A DNA stretch of 64,000 nucleotides, taken from contig CAVYRJ010000009.1 in assembly GCA_963770935.1 (NCBI GenBank), forward strand, positions 128,001 through 192,000, written 5' to 3'. Below the pieces are notes generated by a model. It had not been told where the DNA came from, ran no database searches, and was given only the letters and a program-made list of their open reading frames with translations. The DNA is from Candidatus Bathyarchaeota archaeon. Lineage in GTDB: Archaea; Thermoproteota; Bathyarchaeia; Bathyarchaeales; Bathycorpusculaceae. This document shows, one piece after another, positions 41,280 to 51,088 of this stretch (position 1 is its first letter; each line of letters opens with the position of its first letter). A program made the position numbers and the translations under genes.

Positions 41280-42782
41280 TTGTCTAACCAAGCTAAAACT
41301 CGGACAGTCGAAGAGATTAACCAGAAAATCCGCAAAGGCGACGCTCAAGTTTTAACCGCTGAAGAAATGAAAAAGCTCGTTGAAAGCAGCGGCGTCGAAG
41401 TTGCCTTTAAAGAAGTTGATGTGGTTACCACGGGTACTTTTGGTGCAATGTGTTCCTCTGGTGCGGTTGTGAACCTTGGGCATTCTGACCCGCCGATTAA
41501 GATTGAGAAGGCATGGATGAACAACGTGGAAGTTTGCCACCCAGGAGCGGCTGTGGACTTATTTATCGGTGCCACCAACATGTCGGAGAAATTGCCTTTT
41601 GAGTACGGCGGAGGACACATTATCCAAGATTTGGTAGCCGGAAACGAGGTCGAACTTAGAGCCACTGCTTACGGAACGGATTGTTACCCGCGGACCTCAC
41701 TTAAAACAACCCTTACAAAGGACGATTTAAACCAGTTTTACCTCCTAAATTTCCGCAACTGCTACCAACGCTACAACTGCGCAGTTAACAGCAGTGACGA
41801 AATCATCTATACTTACATGAGCAAGCTTTTGCCCAGATTCCGAAATGCTACCTTTTCAGGCGCGGGCGAATTAAACCCACTCATGAACGATCCAGACTAC
41901 GAAACAATGGGTATGGGCACCCGCATCTTTCTCGGCGGAGCGCAGGGCTACATCATCGGAGAGGGAACCCAGCACAGTCCAAAAAACCTCAATGGGACGC
42001 TGATGGTTAAAGGTAATGCCAAAAAGATGTCGCCTGAATTTTTGCAGGGCGCCGCCTTCACAGGCTATGGAACCTCATTGTATGTTGGTTTAGGCGTTCC
42101 GATTCCGATATTGAACGAGGGGTTAGCTAAAAAAACAGCAATTCAGGACAAAGACATACTTACCGATATCGTCGACTACAGCGTCCCACGCCGCGACCGC
42201 CCCAAATTTGGCCAAGTAAGCTACAAAGAACTAAAATCAGGCTCCATAACCGTTAACGGCAAAAAAATCCGCGCCAGCTCGCTCTCAAGTTTAAAAATGG
42301 CAAAGAAAGTCTCTCAAACCCTAAAATCATGGATTGATGAAGGCACATTCTTCTTAACCTCGCCTGTTGAGCGGTTGCCAACTAACACAGTCTTTAAGCC
42401 TATGAGACAAACCGAGGAAATTCCCTTCGTTGTCAGCGTTATGCATCCAGCTGTCACCTGCACTGAGGACGAGGAGATTCAAGCAATTGCAAAACGCATC
42501 GTCACCAGATCGGTCAACCACATAGTCGTGGTAGATGACGCTGGTAAACTTCTTGGAATTGTCACTTCATGGGACGTCACTCGGGCCATGGCTGAAGGCA
42601 AAACAGCCTTAGCCGACATAGAATCCCACAACGTAGTCACCGCTAAACCCGACGAACCACTGGAAATTGCTTCCAAACGTATGGCACAAAACAACATCTC
42701 AGCTCTGCCGGTGATTGACATTGAAAGGAAAGTGATGGGCATTGTCACGGCTGAAGATGTGTCTAAATTGTTAGGACGGTAA
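41280..42782 (+). CDS. L-aspartate semialdehyde sulfurtransferase (DUF39 + CBS pair; MA1821/MJ0100 type), homocysteine synthesis
   Basis: EINQKIRKG, DVVTTGTFGAMCSSG, TDCYPR, FSGAGELNPLMNDP; C-terminal CBS pair. Confidence 0.9.
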   Translation: MSNQAKTRTVEEINQKIRKGDAQVLTAEEMKKLVESSGVEVAFKEVDVVTTGTFGAMCSSGAVVNLGHSDPPIKIEKAWMNNVEVCHPGAAVDLFIGATNMSEKLPFEYGGGHIIQDLVAGNEVELRATAYGTDCYPRTSLKTTLTKDDLNQFYLLNFRNCYQRYNCAVNSSDEIIYTYMSKLLPRFRNATFSGAGELNPLMNDPDYETMGMGTRIFLGGAQGYIIGEGTQHSPKNLNGTLMVKGNAKKMSPEFLQGAAFTGYGTSLYVGLGVPIPILNEGLAKKTAIQDKDILTDIVDYSVPRRDRPKFGQVSYKELKSGSITVNGKKIRASSLSSLKMAKKVSQTLKSWIDEGTFFLTSPVERLPTNTVFKPMRQTEEIPFVVSVMHPAVTCTEDEEIQAIAKRIVTRSVNHIVVVDDAGKLLGIVTSWDVTRAMAEGKTALADIESHNVVTAKPDEPLEIASKRMAQNNISALPVIDIERKVMGIVTAEDVSKLLGR

Positions 42783-42787
42783 ATAAC

Positions 42788-43222
42788 TTGGCAAGAATTC
42801 TCATAAGGTTTAATGAAGAACAAGTATCAGAACCAATAGCCTCGCAAATAATAATCGAGTACAAAGTACCCATGGCAATTTTGTCAGCACATGTCAACTC
42901 GAAGGGCGGAGAAATCCTCGCTGAAGTCCCAGATGCAATGGCAGAAAAAGTCGTTAACGCGTTTCGACAAAGAGGCGTCTCAGTAAGTGTGCCAAAACTA
43001 ATTGAGGTTGACTCGGACAAATGCTTCAGCTGCGGCAGCTGTATTGCACTTTGCCCTGTCGAAGCCATAAGCTTAGCCAAAGACTCCACAGTGCAATTTG
43101 ACAAGGAAAAATGCGTTGGCAGCACATGCAGTATTTGCGTTGACGCGTGCCCCGCTCGAGCCATTAAATCAATTAAACAAAATAGCCTTGAGAATCCAGT
43201 CAATAGGAAAAAGAAAAGTTGA
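42788..43222 (+). CDS. NIL domain plus 2x[4Fe-4S] ferredoxin (MA1822 type)
   Basis: EPIASQII...ILSAHVN NIL domain; CFSCGSCIALCP and CVGSTCSICVDACP. Confidence 0.88.
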   Translation: MARILIRFNEEQVSEPIASQIIIEYKVPMAILSAHVNSKGGEILAEVPDAMAEKVVNAFRQRGVSVSVPKLIEVDSDKCFSCGSCIALCPVEAISLAKDSTVQFDKEKCVGSTCSICVDACPARAIKSIKQNSLENPVNRKKKS

Positions 43223-43929
43223 CAGGACAACTATTCAAAGAATTCTTTATCCTAAAAGAAACCCAATGCACAATAATTTCCGATAGCCAAAAAGCGATTC
43301 AAACCGCCATAGAATCCATTAAACGCAACCGCCAAGAACTGGAGCTTTATGTGAGGGCTAACCCAAAGTTTCTTTACACTCTAACGCCACTTGTTGCACC
43401 AGATAATCCACTTGTGGCAAGATTAATGGCTTTAGCGGCGGAGAAGGCAAATGTTGGTCCCATGGCGGCGGTTGCAGGAGCCATAGCTGACGTAGCTGTT
43501 GAAGATATGATTCGTGGAGGCTGCGAAGTGGCGGTTGTGGAGGACGGAGGCGAAATCTTTGCGGTCTCAAATATTTCCATTGATGTCGCAGTTGCCGCGG
43601 GAGACGAACCCCTCTCAAAACGCTTCGGTTTCAGGCTTACCGAGTTCCCAATAGGCGTCGCCACCAGTTCAGGACGCTTTAGCCATGCGTTGAGTTTTGG
43701 GGATGCGGAGGCAGCCATTATTTTCTGCAGAAACGCCGCCTTAGCTGATGCGGCAGCGACAGCCGTCGGCAATGTCGTAAAAGGGGAAGATGCCCAATTA
43801 GGCATTCAAGCGGGACTAAGTAGGGGAATTTCGATTGAAGGCGTCGAGGGAGTGCTAATAATCTATAAGGGGCAGGTTGGGACAGCAGGAAAAATCCCCC
43901 AAATAATTAATATTGAGCCAACAGAATGA
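43219..43929 (+). CDS. UPF0280/ApbE-like protein (COG2122, sulfide assimilation)
   Basis: VGPMAAVAGAIAD, EDGGEI, TSSGRFSHALSFGDA, LADAAATAVGN. Confidence 0.88.
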   Translation: MTGQLFKEFFILKETQCTIISDSQKAIQTAIESIKRNRQELELYVRANPKFLYTLTPLVAPDNPLVARLMALAAEKANVGPMAAVAGAIADVAVEDMIRGGCEVAVVEDGGEIFAVSNISIDVAVAAGDEPLSKRFGFRLTEFPIGVATSSGRFSHALSFGDAEAAIIFCRNAALADAAATAVGNVVKGEDAQLGIQAGLSRGISIEGVEGVLIIYKGQVGTAGKIPQIINIEPTE

Positions 43930-44049
43930 AAAATGAAATTTTTTGATCAAAAAGTGACATTTTATAGAATTTTGAGCGATTAGCCAGTCTACCGGGCAAT
44001 AAATTAAAGTCTGCTGTAACACAAATGTTTAGGAGTAATAATTTGAGTT

Positions 44050-45318
44050 TTAACCTTGCATTTTGAACCTTAGAATTGCCGCGATACCGCCGAAAGCGTT
44101 CTTTAGCATCTGTCCCTCTTCAGTTTCTCCAGAAATGATTTCTACGTCAGTGTTTGACAGCTCTGCAAGTTCTGCCAAGTAGTCAACGATATCCTTTTTG
44201 TCCATTATAGTCATGGATGGAGCTTTGCAGGCTGTACATGGTTTGCCAATCAAGCCCTTCTCAAAATCACCTATTTCCTTGCCCTTAATGGTGTGTTGCT
44301 CTTCGAAGCCGCAAGCACCGCATTTAACGGTGACGCGGACCAAATCCAAATCCTCCGACATTAACACTGTCCGCACTGCACCCGATTGCAGCAAACGCCG
44401 CACTTCAACTTCACCATACGTTATCATACCTGTATCGTGGCCGACTTCGTAGAGGAATTTCTGCATTATTTCTTTCTCTTCAATGTAACGGACTTTACGC
44501 ATGATTTCAGGCGCTTTATCCACTATTTCCTTGACACCTTGCTCTTCCACGTAAGCTGTGTCAATCACGTCGAGAATTTTGTTCTTCAGTTGGTAGTTCA
44601 GGTAGTCGCCTTTTTCAAAATCGTATTTTGTGGGTCCCGGTCCTCCAAGAATAATGCCTTTTAAAGTATCGATTGGTAGAAAGGTATCGTTAGCATGTGA
44701 ACCAACACGTGTGAAATATTCGTTAAGCTGCATGTCCCTTAAGCGTTCATATCGCCTAGCTGATTGCCCACCTGCTTTAGTTTTGCCAGCAACACCCGAA
44801 TGCATCTGCCGGACAATCTGAATACGTTTGCCCTGCAGGGTGGCAATGGTAGCGTTATTGGCGTCAACTAGCAAAATTCCGTAGGTTTCTTTCTCACGCA
44901 GCATTTCTTGCAGATGCTCAGTGTGGAAACGTGAGTCGCAACGGTAAAGGAAAATCTTAATGGGTTCAGGAGGAACAATAACGTAGGCTTCCATACGTTC
45001 GGTGCCTGGCGCCGCACCCTCCTGCAGAAGGGCACCAGTAAAAATCACTATGCCCTTTTCGCCTGGGTCTTTGAAGAGCTTGAGTTTCTGTTGAGCTTTT
45101 GTGATGGCATCTAGAACGTTTTTGCGTGTGACGTTGGATTTAATGTTACTGGCGGTCCCATATTCATTGCGAAGAAGATTGAGGGCATCGCTGATTTGTT
45201 TGCCTGGTGGAACATAGACAGTGATAAGTTCAGTGTGGCTGCCCTCTTTGTTTGCTAGGGCATTGAGAGTCTTTCTTAGCCTGAATAGTTCAAGAGAGCT
45301 TTTTTTTGCGGTACTCAA
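44050..45318 (-). CDS. prf1: Peptide chain release factor aRF1
   Basis: TASNIKS, YRCDSRF, GGQSARRYER, Zn-ribbon insert, FGGIAAILRF. Confidence 0.96.
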   Translation of the reverse strand: MSTAKKSSLELFRLRKTLNALANKEGSHTELITVYVPPGKQISDALNLLRNEYGTASNIKSNVTRKNVLDAITKAQQKLKLFKDPGEKGIVIFTGALLQEGAAPGTERMEAYVIVPPEPIKIFLYRCDSRFHTEHLQEMLREKETYGILLVDANNATIATLQGKRIQIVRQMHSGVAGKTKAGGQSARRYERLRDMQLNEYFTRVGSHANDTFLPIDTLKGIILGGPGPTKYDFEKGDYLNYQLKNKILDVIDTAYVEEQGVKEIVDKAPEIMRKVRYIEEKEIMQKFLYEVGHDTGMITYGEVEVRRLLQSGAVRTVLMSEDLDLVRVTVKCGACGFEEQHTIKGKEIGDFEKGLIGKPCTACKAPSMTIMDKKDIVDYLAELAELSNTDVEIISGETEEGQMLKNAFGGIAAILRFKMQG

Positions 45319-45397
45319 ATAACTTCACTAATAGCTTTAACTTGATAACTAACGTTAAAAGGAATCAAATAAAAGTTCCGACACAAAAAACGGAAGT

Positions 45398-46411
45398 TTA
45401 GACTTTTGGCTTAGCGAGCGGTGTCTGCACTGGATCTAGAGCGGGTGCACCTATGGCGTCTCTAAGATAAGCCTTGTAAGGACCTAGTTTTCCTCCATAG
45501 TTGCCGGACGAAATCTTTACAACCCCTGGCACAGCGACTGCAGCTGTTACACCTACTTTCAAGGCGTTTTTGATAGCATCAAGTGTTAGACCGTTAATAA
45601 CAATTTCATAAACACAAGTCACACCGTCTGGAACAACAGAATCTGGCACAAGCGTGCGCAAAGTTGGGCAGTACGGGTGGTTAGTTGATGCTTTAAGTTT
45701 GTATTTAAGTGAGCCCGCTTTGCTTCCAGCACGGCAAACTCCTCCTGGAAAAATCATGATTACGTCAGGAACATTCTTTCGAATTGCTTCGGCTGCTTCT
45801 TCGCTAGCTTTGAGACCAGCTTCTTGGGTAGCTGCAAAAATCATAAAGTTGCCGCCAGCAATTGCTTCCATAGCGCCAAAGCCGTCTTCAACGATAAAAT
45901 TGCCCTCCATTACTGGGATTTTCCAGCATTTTCTTCCTCCTACCATCGCTTTTTTCTGAAAGCCGTCGCCGAAGTATCGTAAACTGCTGCCAACGTTAAG
46001 GGTGCGTTTGCCGGTTAAACCGTTGAAAGCTGCTGTTGTTGGACAAGTTAAGGTGCATTGTCCTATGCGTTCCATGAGCTGATGCTTGAGTTCAAATCGA
46101 TCTCGATTGTAAATTTGGATAAGAACACCAGGCCGTTTGTCTGGTGTCTGGTCTGCTGGAACCGGGCGTTCGATGGCTGCTTCTGCAGAAGCGGCAATTA
46201 CACTCGTGGCAAAACCCGTTGTTAGGCCAGCGGCGATTTGTGCCCATTTCTCATTTTGAGCGGTAATCAAAACTCTTCCCGCCCACAGAGCAAACATTTC
46301 GGCAAAAGTATCCTGAACCTTCACGATGCCGCCTGATGGCGATTTTACTAGAAACATTTTTTCTTTATCATCGTAGCTTTGGATTTCAAGCTTGTTAGTG
46401 TTTGATGACAT
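45398..46411 (-). CDS. ftr: Formylmethanofuran:tetrahydromethanopterin formyltransferase
   Basis: DTFAEMF, GFATSVI, TPDKRPG, RIGQCTLTCPTT, IAGGNF, ASTNHPYCPTL, EIVING, GNYGGKLG. Confidence 0.92.
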   Translation of the reverse strand: MSSNTNKLEIQSYDDKEKMFLVKSPSGGIVKVQDTFAEMFALWAGRVLITAQNEKWAQIAAGLTTGFATSVIAASAEAAIERPVPADQTPDKRPGVLIQIYNRDRFELKHQLMERIGQCTLTCPTTAAFNGLTGKRTLNVGSSLRYFGDGFQKKAMVGGRKCWKIPVMEGNFIVEDGFGAMEAIAGGNFMIFAATQEAGLKASEEAAEAIRKNVPDVIMIFPGGVCRAGSKAGSLKYKLKASTNHPYCPTLRTLVPDSVVPDGVTCVYEIVINGLTLDAIKNALKVGVTAAVAVPGVVKISSGNYGGKLGPYKAYLRDAIGAPALDPVQTPLAKPKV

Positions 46412-46617
46412 GAAGGAGACCTTGCCAGTTCTGTTGGGAATTGTATAATTTAAGAGTTTTCATAATTTTTTCAATTTCAACTTGCTACTTTCTGAATTAT
46501 TCCATGACGATCAGGTGCGGCTGAAGAAAATGCTGCGCAAAAGGCTGATTGTTGTAGCTGCCAAACAATCACGTATGCTTAATTGCTACTCAAGGGAACA
46601 ATATCTTGTGAATTAAT

Positions 46618-46843
46618 GTGGCAATCAGTGAGCGGATTGGAATTGTCCGGTTCTGTGAAACACCAAAAAATAAAGAAAGAATTATGAGCAGAACAGGTTT
46701 GAACTGATGTGCAAGCAGAATCCTATTTGACTATTCTTACAAAGCAAAACATGATAATGCAAAACAATGGGAAATATGTTGTCACAACGAAAGGGCAGGA
46801 GTACATCTTTTCCTCTGAAAGAATCAGAAAAATCAAAGCCTAA
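46618..46843 (+). CDS. Small archaeal winged-helix (HTH_45-like) protein, ~74 aa; +1 frameshift near 46702; not in the ORF track
   Basis: VAISERIGIVRFCETPKNKERIMSRTGL/TDVQAESYLTILTKQNMIMQNNGKYVVTTKGQEYI matches the IM..L....YL..L......Y..T.KG pattern. Confidence 0.65.
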
Positions 46844-46982
46844 TATTTTTTTCTGATTTCAAAATCATTCTGTAATTATTCTACTGTTCGTAATTCTATT
46901 TTAGAGAGAAAGCTGTTTCTAACATCACGTTTGGTATAGGCTTTATCAACTTGACGCGCATATAGAAGCTGAAGGTTAAGCA

Positions 46983-47807
46983 ATGAAAAACCCAGTTGAC
47001 TGGCAGAAAATCTTCCTCGAATGCAAAAACAACATAAAAACAAACATCCAACCCTGCCTAAAAACTCTAAAACAACCTCAACCTAACCTGGGAATGGGTG
47101 CTGGCGGAGACGCCATGAAACCTGTGGACTTGGCAGCTGAAACAGCCATAATCGACACTCTCCAGCATCACGGTGTTTCATTCACATTAATTAGCGAGGA
47201 GTCAGGCATAAAGAAATTCGGTAGCACACCCGAAGAATGCTATTTGACTGTTGACCCCATAGATGGAACCACTAATTTGACGCATGGCTTACCCTTCTAC
47301 GCTTCCTCAATCGCCGTTTCCAAAAAACCTGAACTCGCCGACGTCTACGCTGGAATGGTTGTGGACCTTTCTCACGATGTAATGTACACTGCGTTTAGAG
47401 GCAAAGGCGCATATCGGGACGGTGTAAAGATTGAATCTTCAAAAAATGCTTTTTTGGATGATGCCGTGGTTGGTTTAGACTTAAACACTTTCAAAACCAA
47501 AGCAGTGATTTCAAAAGTCACCGCTATTATAGAGAATACAAAACACATTCGGCATTTTGGCGCTAACGCACTCGAGGTCTGCTACGTTGCTAATGGCTTA
47601 ACGGAAGCGTTCATTGATTTGCGGGGAAAAATCCGCACCACAGACGTTGCCGCTGGATTCCTCATAGTGAAGGAAGCAGGCGGATTAGTAACATCCCCAG
47701 ACAACCAACCAGTAAATGTAAAGTTGGATCCCATGCAAAAGTTAAGTTTCATAGCTTCAGGTAACATGCAAATTCACCAAAAAATCGTAAGCTTGGTCAA
47801 ACTCTAA
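46983..47807 (+). CDS. Inositol monophosphatase / FBPase family
   Basis: ISEESG, DPIDGTTN, DVAAGFLIVKEAGG. Confidence 0.92.
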   Translation: MKNPVDWQKIFLECKNNIKTNIQPCLKTLKQPQPNLGMGAGGDAMKPVDLAAETAIIDTLQHHGVSFTLISEESGIKKFGSTPEECYLTVDPIDGTTNLTHGLPFYASSIAVSKKPELADVYAGMVVDLSHDVMYTAFRGKGAYRDGVKIESSKNAFLDDAVVGLDLNTFKTKAVISKVTAIIENTKHIRHFGANALEVCYVANGLTEAFIDLRGKIRTTDVAAGFLIVKEAGGLVTSPDNQPVNVKLDPMQKLSFIASGNMQIHQKIVSLVKL

Positions 47808-48649
47808 TGCTAAAGTTGCTCTTACCACACCCTGCAGCTCTAGTAAAAACTAATAAAACTAGAACTCTTCTTATCGCTGACCCACACTTAGGTTGGGAAA
47901 TACAACTTCAGGAAAAAGGAATCCATGTACCAAGCCAAACCACGAAAATTCTAAAAAAGTTAACGGGAATTATTACCGAATACAAACCTGAGAGATTAGT
48001 TATTCTTGGCGATGTAAAGTACACGGTTGTTTCACATGAGTTTGGCGAGTGGCAGGACATTCCTGACTTCTTCAAAAAACTCGATGTTTGCATCGAAAAC
48101 ATTTCTATCGTTCGCGGTAACCACGACGCCAACCTGGAACCGCTTCTACCTGAGAATGTCGAGTTTTTGCCTGCAACTGGAGTAACGGTAGGTGAAGTGG
48201 GAGTTTTTCACGGCCATAAATGGCCCTCGCCAGAGTTATTGGGGTGTAAAACGTTGGTTATGGGACATCTGCACCCTGTGGTGGTTTTCCGTGACCCAAC
48301 GGGCTGCAAAATTACAAGGCAAGTTTGGATGAAAGCAAAATGTGAAACTGACCCTCTATCAAAAATACTTCTGCAAAAAAGCGGAGTAAAAATCGAAAGG
48401 TCGGTGGCTGACACCTTAAAGGAACACTACAATCTCAAAGCAAGGGTAAAAGAGATTTTTATCATGCCCAGCTTCAACGATTTTTTGGGCGGCAGACCAG
48501 TAAATGAAACCCGACCCCGTAAAGAAATCGGCAGCGAAGCGTTGATTGGACCGGTTTTGCGCTCCGAAGCGGTGGATGTAGATAATGCAGAGCTTTACCT
48601 TTTAGACGGTACATTTCTTGGAACATTAAATCAGCTTCGGAAATTGTGA
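47807..48649 (+). CDS. Calcineurin-like metallophosphoesterase
   Basis: ADPHLG, LGDVK, RGNHD, FHGH, GHLHP, MPSFN. Confidence 0.9.
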   Translation: MLKLLLPHPAALVKTNKTRTLLIADPHLGWEIQLQEKGIHVPSQTTKILKKLTGIITEYKPERLVILGDVKYTVVSHEFGEWQDIPDFFKKLDVCIENISIVRGNHDANLEPLLPENVEFLPATGVTVGEVGVFHGHKWPSPELLGCKTLVMGHLHPVVVFRDPTGCKITRQVWMKAKCETDPLSKILLQKSGVKIERSVADTLKEHYNLKARVKEIFIMPSFNDFLGGRPVNETRPRKEIGSEALIGPVLRSEAVDVDNAELYLLDGTFLGTLNQLRKL

Positions 48650-48729
48650 TTAGTTAGGGTTTTGCCACGCTAACTCTTATATTTGCCACATGTTATATGC
48701 ATGATATTGTTTGAGGAGGATAAAACAAA

Positions 48730-48882
48730 TTGAAGCTTGTAACAGTTCTATTACCAGAAGCGTACCTAGAAGGGCTGGATGAATTAGTCCGAGCCAACAT
48801 GTATCCGAGCCGAAGCAGCGTGATCAGGTCTTCGGTACGTGACTTGCTCAAAAAAGAGCTTTGGGAAAACAAACGCAGATAA
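48730..48882 (+). CDS. Ribbon-helix-helix (CopG/Arc/MetJ; CdrS/aCcr1-like) regulator, 50 aa; not in the ORF track
   Basis: GAGGAGG SD and TTG start; MKLVTVLLPEAYLEGLDELVRANMYPSRSSVIRSSVRDLLKKELWENKRR. Confidence 0.88.
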   Translation: MKLVTVLLPEAYLEGLDELVRANMYPSRSSVIRSSVRDLLKKELWENKRR

Positions 48883-48889
48883 ACTGCAG

Positions 48890-49657
48890 CTAAATCCCCT
48901 TTATTGAATCATAAAGTGACCGGGCGGCGTATGCTGGGTTATCAGAGCTGATTATTTCTCTTCCAACAATTAGGAAGCTGGCACCTGCTTTAATCGCTGT
49001 TTCTGCAGCTCCTCCCTGTGCACCCACGCCAGGAGAGTAAATTGCAACTTTTCACCTAGTATCTGCTTTACTCTCAGCAATCTTCGCAGGAACCGTGGCT
49101 CCAACCACTACTCCGTCAGCACCCCATTTCAAAGCTTTCCTTGCAAAGGAGATGTATTGCGGTGTTTGTTGGCCTGTTTCTGGGTCAATTATTGTTTGTC
49201 CGTAGCCTTCGTTTGCTCCTTTATGGCTCATGTAAGTGAGCAGTATTACGCCTCTGTTAAGCCGCTTTGAAACGTCGAAGAGCGGTTTTAAGCCTTCATC
49301 CCAACCAACAAAAGGATTAGCTATTATGGCATCAAAACCTGCGGCAAAATAGTACTCTGCAATTATTTGGTTGGTGTTGCCGATGTCGTTGACTTTGGCA
49401 TCCATGATTGCAAGCATGCCATAACCGTGTATCTGCTCCACAAGCTGTTGCACACCATCAAAGGTGCCTAGGGGAAGAGTCAAATGATGATTTATCTTAA
49501 CCGCGCAAACATAGGGATGAACAGCCTTAAGGATCTTTTGCGCCTTAGCCAAAATTTTATCTCGGTTCCCAGCGGCTTCGAATGGAAGATCCAATGCTAA
49601 AATAATGCGTGAATCCTTGCTTTTTGCTGCTTCATGCATTTTCGCTTTAAACGACAA
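48890..49657 (-). CDS. pyrF: Orotidine-5'-phosphate decarboxylase; +1 frameshift near 49071
   Basis: ILALD, DAKVNDIGNT, VVGAT; the shifted frame continues VKQILGEKVAIYSPGVGAQGG...IVGREI to TAG at 48890. Confidence 0.92.
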
Positions 49658-49875
49658 TTAGCTGGCCTCTGCATGTAATTGTTTAGCGCTTGACTATTTC
49701 ATTTTTTCCATTAAAAAACGTATAATTTTCAATTGGATTGGAAACTTGAGCTGAGTTCTTTCAAAGTATTTACAACTTCAAGTGGAAAAAAGTAAAAACC
49801 ATCAAGTGAAGAGAAATCGCCAAAATATTCATTCACTAAAGTTACCTTATTCAATAAGAATGGAGTCGGGAACTT

Positions 49876-50583
49876 TTAGACGTCCCAAACTGATGAGCTG
49901 ACAAGTTTCCAAGCGATTACTAAGTCCATTGCTGGGTTGTTGAATCTTTGTACGTCGCTTAAAGTTTCGAGCATTCCTGTTTCTTTATCGAAAAAGACAG
50001 TTGTGATTTTTCTTTGAAGTGTACTGTAAGTTGGGTCGTTTACGTCGAAGAAGTCGTTTTGCAATGACCAAGAATTTCTTTGTCTGGTACTGTTAGCGTA
50101 TGTTTCAGTGTCGGTGCTGTTAACGATTAGTCCGTCATTTCCGCTTGGACGAACCTTGTCATTTAAGTTAAGGTTTGGAGCGTAAAGTGCCCAAAACCCT
50201 GTGTATTGGTTAGTTTGCAAGCCATTTGCAATGTTAATGGTTTGCTGGTAAGTCCTTTCTGTTCCATTAATGAATCGCCACACTGAATCCATCGATACCG
50301 TACTGCCGTTTACACCCGTTATTGTAACTTTATAGTAGTCCGTATCGTTATACTGCGAGAATCCCGCAGGTTCCACTGCGTCTAAACCAATTAAATTTGA
50401 TGTGCTATGTATACTGTAAGTGAAGGTGTCACCAACGTTGACGCCTGGTGTTACTTCTTCAACAGATGGATTCCCTGCCCCATAGTAAGAGTAAACTATT
50501 GCCCCAGTTGCCGCTATAAGAACAATTAAGAGAAAAACTGCAATGTAAATTTTCTTAGATGATCCTTTCCGTTTAATAGCCAT
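49876..50583 (-). CDS. Hypothetical N-terminally membrane-anchored protein
   Basis: Basic N-terminus plus TM helix; GVNVGDTFTY start and FDKETGML end. Confidence 0.75.
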   Translation of the reverse strand: MAIKRKGSSKKIYIAVFLLIVLIAATGAIVYSYYGAGNPSVEEVTPGVNVGDTFTYSIHSTSNLIGLDAVEPAGFSQYNDTDYYKVTITGVNGSTVSMDSVWRFINGTERTYQQTINIANGLQTNQYTGFWALYAPNLNLNDKVRPSGNDGLIVNSTDTETYANSTRQRNSWSLQNDFFDVNDPTYSTLQRKITTVFFDKETGMLETLSDVQRFNNPAMDLVIAWKLVSSSVWDV

Positions 50584-50702
50584 AGCTCTAACACTGCCAT
50601 AGTCAAGTATTTAGTTGTTTTCCCAAAACCCCTTAAAAATAAGGGGCATTTCCAAGAGATGATTAAGCTACCAAAATCCAAAGTCAACTATTTTGAGGGA
50701 AT

Positions 50703-51077
50703 TTACGAAAATTTTATTCTACTTTGACTCTCAACCTTAGAATCGAGCGATTCTGAGGCAGATTTGGCTTTTTCTTCAGCTTGCTTTTTGTTCAAGCGAA
50801 TCATGAGTTTGTGGTTTTTCTTGACAAGAACCACATCACTCTCTTGAACACAATCAACAACAACTTCTCCGTTATACTTCATGCGGCTAACATAGCCTAG
50901 TTCGCGCAGCTCCTTCATTAGAAGTTCACGCGAGGCTCTCAACAACTCACTTGATGTATCGGGGCCTCGGTTAAAGCAAAAAGTAAGAACTTTCTTTTCT
51001 GAATCATAGTTTGCCTTCGTTCCTTTACCGATCCTCTCTACTTGACCCCATTCTAATTTCTGGGCGGATTCTCTCAA
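50703..51077 (-). CDS. Hypothetical protein directly downstream of aIF2-alpha
   Basis: GGTGAG SD, TTG start 11 nt after the aIF2a stop; 124 aa. Confidence 0.65.
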   Translation of the reverse strand: MRESAQKLEWGQVERIGKGTKANYDSEKKVLTFCFNRGPDTSSELLRASRELLMKELRELGYVSRMKYNGEVVVDCVQESDVVLVKKNHKLMIRLNKKQAEEKAKSASESLDSKVESQSRIKFS

Positions 51078-51088
51078 AAACTCACCGT

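Noticed and set aside
45398-46411. Evidence for methanogenesis
   Set aside because: Ftr alone only indicates H4MPT-linked C1 transfer; no mcr or mtr genes are in the window.
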